Below the pieces are notes generated by a model. The model saw only the letters and a list, made by a program, of their open reading frames with translations, did no database searches and was not told the origin of the DNA. From NCBI GenBank assembly GCA_963664395.2, contig CAXXIS010000006.1:1-22312 (forward strand): a DNA stretch of 22,312 nucleotides, in the 5' to 3' direction. Position 1 is the first letter of the stretch. The number at the start of each line of letters is the position of its first letter. The position numbers and the translations under genes are program-made. Shown in pieces: positions 16,916 to 22,312 of the stretch. Source of the stretch: Candidatus Binatia bacterium (GTDB taxonomy: Bacteria; Desulfobacterota; Binatia; Bin18).

Positions 16916-17140
16916 ATGATGTCGGAACAGAACCGTCCAGTCTTTCAATCGGTTGAGGCCGTCCAGGCACAATTTGCCCAGTGGAATTATATCGCCGACC
17001 GGGCGCTCGCCCTGGAGATTGACGAACTCCGGGCGGAAACTCTGGAGGACACTGCCGGTGTGATTCTGAAATACCATGACGATATTGAGCGCTTACACAC
17101 CATTGGGGCGGAGACCATCCTGAAGGGTGGCACGGAGTGA
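16916..17140 (+). pseudogene. CoxD/MoxR-family AAA ATPase remnant: N- and C-termini fused in frame, ATPase core missing
   Basis: SVEAVQAQFAQWNYIADRALA resembles the CoxD N-terminus and LEIDELRAETLEDTAGVILKYHDDIERL resembles its C-terminus. There are no Walker motifs in the 74 aa. It overlaps a CoxE-like gene by 4 bp. Confidence 0.75.
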
Positions 17141-18291
17141 GTGGGGATACGCCTCCAGCGGAACCCCCCAAAGAAGCCCCCTCCGCTCTGAGTCAGCTAC
17201 CCGAGACGCTGCTCACACGCACGCTTGAGCTGTGTCGATTGGCCAAGGCGGCGCAACTCGGTGTGGCCCCAGGCCGCGTCATTGATGTCGCCCGCTCCCT
17301 GCGCAGTATTCAGTTTGTCAATGAGGACGACTTCCGCCTCGCCCTGCGGACGAATCTGGCCAGCAGTCAAGCGGAAGAACAACGATTTGACCGGCTGTTC
17401 AAGGCCTACTGGTACGGGGAAGCGGAGAACGCAGGCTACCGCACAGGCGTGCAGACCGAGTTGCTTCGAGGCGACTTCGACCAGGGCTTGCAGGAGGCCC
17501 ACCAGGACATTATTGGCCAGCTTGAAGATACCAGTGCACAGGAGACCCAGCGCGACCTGAACCTGACGGCACGCTGGGATGAGGCAGCGCTCCCCATCGA
17601 ACACATCGTCCGTGCCCTGGCCAGGCGTCTCGCCACGCGCCCCAGCCGGCGTCTCAAACCGTCCCCACGCGGCCGGCGGATAGACCTGCGACGCTTACTC
17701 CGGCGTAATATGCGGCACGGCATGGATATGGTTGAACTCGCCCGGGTCCAGCGCCGCGTGCGCAAGACTCGCCTCGTCCTGTTGTGCGATGTGAGTGGCT
17801 CCATGGATGCGTTTAATCCGTTTCTTTTGCAGCTCATGCTGGGGATTCAGAAAGAACTCAAGAATGCGCGCACGGTGGTTTTCAGCACGGCCGTCACTGA
17901 GATCACGTCCGTGCTGCGCCGCCGCTCCGTGCAACACACCTTGCAGCAGGTCGGCGAGACGGTCCGCCACTGGTCCGGCGGTACGGATATCGGCGGAGCA
18001 CTCACCAAGTTGAACCGGAGTGTTCTGCGTGAAGGCTCGGCCCGCTCAACGGTCGCCATCATTATCAGTGACGGCTATGACAGCGGCCGCACCGAAATCA
18101 TTGAACGCGAAATGCGCGCCCTGCGCCGCCGCGTGCGCAGCGTGGTCTGGATCAATCCCATGTACTGTGCCGCCAGCTTTGAACCGCGCGCTCAGGGCAT
18201 GAAGGCCGCCCTGCCCTATATCGACCATTTTTTGCCGGCGTATAATGCCCAATCTTTGCAGGTCTTGGTGCGCGAGCTGGCACGGGTCTGA
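17137..18291 (+). CDS. CoxE-like VWA-domain protein
   Basis: MIDAS DVSGSM, WSGGTDIG, IIISDGYD, VVWINP and GMKAALPYIDHF; N-terminal RFDRLFKAYW. Confidence 0.9.
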   Translation: MSGDTPPAEPPKEAPSALSQLPETLLTRTLELCRLAKAAQLGVAPGRVIDVARSLRSIQFVNEDDFRLALRTNLASSQAEEQRFDRLFKAYWYGEAENAGYRTGVQTELLRGDFDQGLQEAHQDIIGQLEDTSAQETQRDLNLTARWDEAALPIEHIVRALARRLATRPSRRLKPSPRGRRIDLRRLLRRNMRHGMDMVELARVQRRVRKTRLVLLCDVSGSMDAFNPFLLQLMLGIQKELKNARTVVFSTAVTEITSVLRRRSVQHTLQQVGETVRHWSGGTDIGGALTKLNRSVLREGSARSTVAIIISDGYDSGRTEIIEREMRALRRRVRSVVWINPMYCAASFEPRAQGMKAALPYIDHFLPAYNAQSLQVLVRELARV

Positions 18292-18439
18292 AGGAGGAGG
18301 AGAGTCCCAGCCAAGATGCGGCCAGAAGGCTGAGGCGCGAGGGTCTCGGCTGGATTGGGCCAGCGCGCAGGCCGGAACCCTTGACAAACTCGACCCCGCC
18401 CGATTAGTCAGTTGACAGTTTTTTCTAAAGTGAGGGGAT

Positions 18440-19237
18440 ATGCCAACCAAGTATGTTGATGTTGACGGCTATGCGGTGAATTATTTTCACACTGGCCAGA
18501 CGACGCTGCCGCCTGTTGTTCCTGATGTGAGCAAGGGCCGGCTCTTTTTGTACGTCCATGGGGCGGGCAGTAACGGCCATTTCGCCCATAAGATGCTCGA
18601 TATGCTATCCGCCAACCACAGTCCGTTGTCGTTCGACTTTCCGGGACATGGGCGTTCGAGTGGAACGGAAAGTCTCAAAAGCGTGGCCGCGTATAGCGAC
18701 TTCACCTATATGCTGTGGAAGGCGTTGGGTGTGCGCCCGGTGGTTATTGTTGGCCATTCTATGGGCGGAGCTATCGCCATGGATTTAGCTCTCCGCCACG
18801 GGGATATGGTTGAAGGTATCGTCCTGACCTGCACGGCGGCGCAGTTCAACATCCCGGATGAGCTCATCAAGACCTGGCAAGCGGTAATGAAAGGTCGCCA
18901 GGGACAGCCGTTTACCAAGGTTTCGTGCTCGCCTCAAACGCCGCAGGAGATCATCCAAGAGGGCTGGATGGAGCAGATCAAAACCGACCCGCGCGTCCGC
19001 TGCTTTGATTTGATGGCCTGCCAGCAGGTTGACCTGACGGCGCAACTCGGACAGATCGCCCTGCCCACGCTGGTGCTGGCCGGAGCGGATGATGCCACCA
19101 CGCCAGTCGCTCAGGCAGAAGAATTGCGAGACAATATCCCGAACGCCCAACTGTGTGTGATTCCCGAGGCCGGGCACTGGCTGCCGATCGAAAAACCGCA
19201 GGCCGCCTGCGACGCCATTCAGGCGTTCTTCAACTAA
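18440..19237 (+). CDS. Alpha/beta-fold hydrolase
   Basis: HGAG, DFPGHGRS, nucleophile elbow GHSMGG, GADD acid residue and AGHW histidine. Confidence 0.92.
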   Translation: MPTKYVDVDGYAVNYFHTGQTTLPPVVPDVSKGRLFLYVHGAGSNGHFAHKMLDMLSANHSPLSFDFPGHGRSSGTESLKSVAAYSDFTYMLWKALGVRPVVIVGHSMGGAIAMDLALRHGDMVEGIVLTCTAAQFNIPDELIKTWQAVMKGRQGQPFTKVSCSPQTPQEIIQEGWMEQIKTDPRVRCFDLMACQQVDLTAQLGQIALPTLVLAGADDATTPVAQAEELRDNIPNAQLCVIPEAGHWLPIEKPQAACDAIQAFFN

Positions 19238-19248
19238 AGAGGCATAGT

Positions 19249-20397
19249 ATGAGTATCAGTCGAAAAGCCGCATTGGCCGGCGTGTACGAGCACCCGCTGC
19301 GTTGGGCACCGCATAAAACCCAATACCAGATCATGGCCGAGAGTGCGCGCGGCGCCCTGGACGATGCCGGGCTGAGCATAAAAGATGTGAACGGCCTGTT
19401 TACCTCGGGGGTGGGTGGCATGGGGATTATCGCCCTGGCCGAGCACCTGAATCTTAACCCCGATTTCCTGGACTCCAACTCGATCGGCGGCTCGTCCTTT
19501 GTTTCGCATACGGCTCACGCGGCGGCGGCGATTGCCGCCGGCTACTGCGATGTTGCCCTGATCCTATACGGCAGCAAATGGTCCTCAGACCGTTTTGCCG
19601 TTGGCACAGGAGGCGGCGGGAGCGGCGATCCGCCCGAACAGTTTGAGGGCTGCTACGGTCCGACAACCGTTGGCGACTACGCTCTGACCGCTCAGCGTCA
19701 TATGCACGAATTCGGCACAACCAGTGAGCAACTGGCCGAGATTGCCGTGACCACCCGCAAACATGCGTCCCTGAATCCGCATGCAAAGTTTCGTGACCCG
19801 ATTAGCGTTGACGACGTGCTCGCCTCGCGCGAGGTGTCTTCACCGCTCCATCTCTTGGACTGCTGCATGATCTCGGATGGCGGCGGAGCCCTGGTTGTCA
19901 CGTCCGCTGAACGGGCGCGCGATCTCAAAAAGAAGCCCGTCCATATCCTCAGTGCGGCAGAGGCCTGTGCGCATACCAGCGCTGGGATGCGGGATATTAC
20001 CGACGCGGCTGCCAAGCAGTCCGGCCCGAAGGCCATGGCGCGTGCCGGCGTGAGTCATACCGACTTTGACATGGCCATGATTTATGACTCATTTACCATT
20101 ACGGTGTGTGTGACCTTGGAAAGTCTGGGATTTTGCAAAAAAGGCGAGGGGGGCTCGTATATCCAGAACGGTCGTATTGGTCTGGGCGGCGAGCTCCCGA
20201 TTAACACCGACGGTGGGGGGCTCTCGTCTAATCACCCCGGTATGCGCGGGATTTTTCTCGTGATCGAAGCGGTCAAGCAGCTGCGCGGTGAGTGTGGGGA
20301 GCGCCAAGTCAAAGATTGTGCACTCGCTTTTTGCCATGGAACGGGCGGGACACTCGGGCTGCGGCACAGCGGTGCCTCTCTGGTCCTCGGAGTCTAG
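19249..20397 (+). CDS. SCP2-type thiolase-like protein (lacks the nucleophilic Cys)
   Basis: Start reassigned to MSISRK at 19249 (AGAGG RBS). Motifs: SPLHLLDCCMISDGGGA, IYDSFT, INTDGGGLSSNHPG, EAVKQLRGE; GGSS occupies the usual CxS position. Confidence 0.9.
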   Translation: MSISRKAALAGVYEHPLRWAPHKTQYQIMAESARGALDDAGLSIKDVNGLFTSGVGGMGIIALAEHLNLNPDFLDSNSIGGSSFVSHTAHAAAAIAAGYCDVALILYGSKWSSDRFAVGTGGGGSGDPPEQFEGCYGPTTVGDYALTAQRHMHEFGTTSEQLAEIAVTTRKHASLNPHAKFRDPISVDDVLASREVSSPLHLLDCCMISDGGGALVVTSAERARDLKKKPVHILSAAEACAHTSAGMRDITDAAAKQSGPKAMARAGVSHTDFDMAMIYDSFTITVCVTLESLGFCKKGEGGSYIQNGRIGLGGELPINTDGGGLSSNHPGMRGIFLVIEAVKQLRGECGERQVKDCALAFCHGTGGTLGLRHSGASLVLGV

Positions 20398-20434
20398 GCA
20401 GCGGGCCGATAATGCCGATAGTGGAGAATTGATT

Positions 20435-20857
20435 ATGGCTGATGAGCAAAAGAAATCGAAACGTCCGGTTCCGCGGGTAGATGAAGAGTCGCGCCCGTTT
20501 TGGGAAGCCTGTGCCCGGCACGAACTGTATGTCCAGAAATGCCGCAGGTGTGGAACGGTCTTTTACTATCCACGGGCGTTTTGTCCCGAAGACCTGTCGC
20601 AGGACTTTGAGTGGCTGCGATGCAGCGGCAAGGGCACGGTCTACACCTTTACCATCACCCGTCAGAATCAAAGTTCGGGATTTCGCAACAAAGTGCCCTA
20701 TGTCATGGCCTATGTTGAGTTGGAAGAAGGGGTGCGGATGCTGACGAACATCGTGGACTGTGACCCGGAGAGCGTCACCATAGGAATGCCGGTCGAAGTC
20801 ACCTTCGAGGACGTGACGCCGGAGGTTGCGGTGCCGCTGTTCAAACCGACCGCCTAG
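20435..20857 (+). CDS. DUF35/ChsH2-like Zn-ribbon OB-fold protein
   Basis: Start MADEQ at 20435 (GGAG RBS). Motifs: PFWEA, CRRC...CPED, GKGTVYTFT, PYVMAYVELEEG, IGMPVEVTF. Adjacent to the thiolase-like gene. Confidence 0.92.
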   Translation: MADEQKKSKRPVPRVDEESRPFWEACARHELYVQKCRRCGTVFYYPRAFCPEDLSQDFEWLRCSGKGTVYTFTITRQNQSSGFRNKVPYVMAYVELEEGVRMLTNIVDCDPESVTIGMPVEVTFEDVTPEVAVPLFKPTA

Positions 20858-20896
20858 TCTTCCTGGGAGCCTGTTGATAACCGCCTGATGCTGGAA

Positions 20897-20933
20897 TGGG
20901 GAGGGACAGGAGCCGGCTGCCCCTCCCCACTTT
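20897..20933 (+). terminator. GC-rich stem-loop after DUF35 gene, possible terminator
   Basis: TGGGGAGGGACAG (20897-20909) pairs with CTGCCCCTCCCCA (20917-20929), 12 of 13 bp; only a short T-tract follows. Confidence 0.45.
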
Positions 20934-21052
20934 GCATTGCCACAATCGTTCACTTCTGGCACTATAGGGCACTATTCCGCAACCGGAAAAAACCTCTTCG
21001 ACAAAAGGAGACAGAAGAGTCGGGCCAGACAGCCGGCTCTGGGACATCCTCA

Positions 21053-21730
21053 ATGGCACGAGTAATTGACCTCCATCTCCACTCTGAAGTCTCAGACGAC
21101 AGCCGTGCGCCGGTTGAGGCCTACCTCAAATGGTTGGCCCGCAAACGAGACGAACGGCCGCTGGACGGCATCGTTCTGACCGAGCACCGCCAGTTCGACA
21201 CACACAGTGACTACCGAGCGCTTGAAGATAAGTATGGCATGCTGATCCTCAAAGCCGCGGAAGTCGAGACTGAGTACGGCCACGTTCTCGTGTATGGGGT
21301 GAACGACGCTATGCTGCAACGCTTCGACTTCTCCAACGTGCGGCTGCGGGCCCAAGAGTTGATTGACGAAGTGGCGCGCCTGGGCGGTGTTGCCATGCCG
21401 TGTCACCCGGGTCGGCCCACTATTGGATTGATTGAGCACTATGAAAACCGCCCTCCACTCCAGGGGGTTGTTGGCGTCGAGGCCCTGAACGGCGGGAGCA
21501 AAAAAGGCGAAAACGAGCGCGTGGCCGAGCTTATTAATTCGTATGGTTACCATGCCTTTGGTGGGAGTGATGCCCATCTGGTGAGCTTTGTCGGGATTTG
21601 CGCTACGGAGTTTGAGAAAGATATTACGAATACGGAAGAGTTGGTTGAGGCGCTTCGAGTCGGTGGCTATCGTCCGGTTGATTTTCGTGTCCGGCGCGCC
21701 CCGGCGCAGCCGGCAGCTAATGGCGCATAG
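21053..21730 (+). CDS. PHP-domain metal-dependent hydrolase
   Basis: Start reassigned to MARVIDLHLHS. PHP metal ligands HxH, TEH, E, GH, HP and GGSDAH are all present. Confidence 0.88.
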   Translation: MARVIDLHLHSEVSDDSRAPVEAYLKWLARKRDERPLDGIVLTEHRQFDTHSDYRALEDKYGMLILKAAEVETEYGHVLVYGVNDAMLQRFDFSNVRLRAQELIDEVARLGGVAMPCHPGRPTIGLIEHYENRPPLQGVVGVEALNGGSKKGENERVAELINSYGYHAFGGSDAHLVSFVGICATEFEKDITNTEELVEALRVGGYRPVDFRVRRAPAQPAANGA

Positions 21731-21751
21731 GGGCGCATAGAGGACACTCGC

Positions 21752-22195
21752 ATGGCTCTTGAATTTGATCGGTCCATGTTAGGCCAGGTGTTTGACGAAA
21801 CTGACTTCCCGCCGGTTGACAAAGAAGACATCCTGAAATTTGCGGACGCGCTTGGAGAAACCAACCCACTCTACACGGATGAAGCAGCTGCCGCGAACGG
21901 ACCCCATGGCGGTCTCGTTGCGCCACCGACCTATGTGACCCGCTTCCGCCCCAAAAAAATGACGCCCGAGCATATGCCACGCTTTGGCAAGGTCGGCTTT
22001 GATGGCGGACGTGATGTTGAAATTTTTGCGCCGGTCCGGCCCGGTGACGCGCTGAAAATGGTCAGCACCATACACGATATTTATGAGAAAACCGGACGCA
22101 GTGGCTCCATGTATTTCATCGTCCTGCGGAATGAGATCACCAACCAGGACGGTGAGCAGGTTGCCATTGTTGACCACAGGATTATGCAGCGATGA
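21752..22195 (+). CDS. MaoC-like hotdog-fold dehydratase subunit (FAS1_DH/MaoC N-terminal type)
   Basis: ILKFADALGETNPLY...APPTY...PVRPGDAL...YEKTGRSGSMYF; GAGG RBS. Confidence 0.88.
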   Translation: MALEFDRSMLGQVFDETDFPPVDKEDILKFADALGETNPLYTDEAAAANGPHGGLVAPPTYVTRFRPKKMTPEHMPRFGKVGFDGGRDVEIFAPVRPGDALKMVSTIHDIYEKTGRSGSMYFIVLRNEITNQDGEQVAIVDHRIMQR

Positions 22196-22312
22196 AGACA
22201 GTCTATTTTGAAGACATAGAAGAAGGCGACGAGTTGCCACCCATTGACCTGCTCCTGACCAAAGACTTCGTCCGCAAGTACGCCAAAACGGCCGGCATGG
22301 ATTTCCCCCGTT
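22192..22312 (+). CDS. MaoC-family dehydratase, N-terminal fragment (runs off the window)
   Basis: ATGA overlap with the upstream gene; MKTVYFEDIEEGDELPPIDLLLTKDFVRKYAKTAGMDFPR has the typical YFEDxxxGxELP start. Confidence 0.8.
   Translation, partial: MKTVYFEDIEEGDELPPIDLLLTKDFVRKYAKTAGMDFPR

Noticed and set aside
20955-20975. TGGCAC as a sigma-54 promoter before the PHP gene
   Set aside because: The -12 element reads GGGC rather than TTGC, too weak to call.
19153-21052. Extended N-termini of thiolase (19153), DUF35 (20288) and PHP (20888) in the ORF track
   Set aside because: They overlap upstream genes or intergenic hairpins; downstream ATGs match the family N-termini.
1-22312. CRISPR array, tRNA/rRNA, integrase or transposase
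   Set aside because: No regularly spaced repeats, RNA-gene signatures or recombinase motifs were seen by eye.

Overview
The window has two parts. Left (1 to ~9.9 kb, all on the minus strand) is a defence island: vapB, vapC with an internal amber stop, a type III-like restriction (Res) gene, an orphan hicB-like gene, a type III-like methyltransferase (Mod) with one frameshift, and a large gene coupled to mod by an ATGA overlap. Correcting two single-base frameshifts in that gene gives a Schlafen/AlbA_2 domain plus a GHKL-like HATPase_c_4 domain fused to a long prokaryotic Argonaute. Its MID-PIWI part (730 to the window edge) is missing from the ORF track. It keeps the Y-K-Q-K guide-binding motif but has Ser at two catalytic Asp positions, so it is probably a non-slicing sensor wired to an RNase effector. 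Right (10 kb to the end) looks like core genome: a cytoplasmic globin-like/PAS histidine kinase with an NtrC-family regulator, B12-dependent metH with a structured leader, an internally deleted CoxD/MoxR AAA gene with an intact CoxE-like VWA gene, and an acyl-CoA cluster (alpha/beta hydrolase, Cys-less thiolase-like protein, DUF35, PHP hydrolase, MaoC pair). All calls come from motif recognition by eye; no searches were run.
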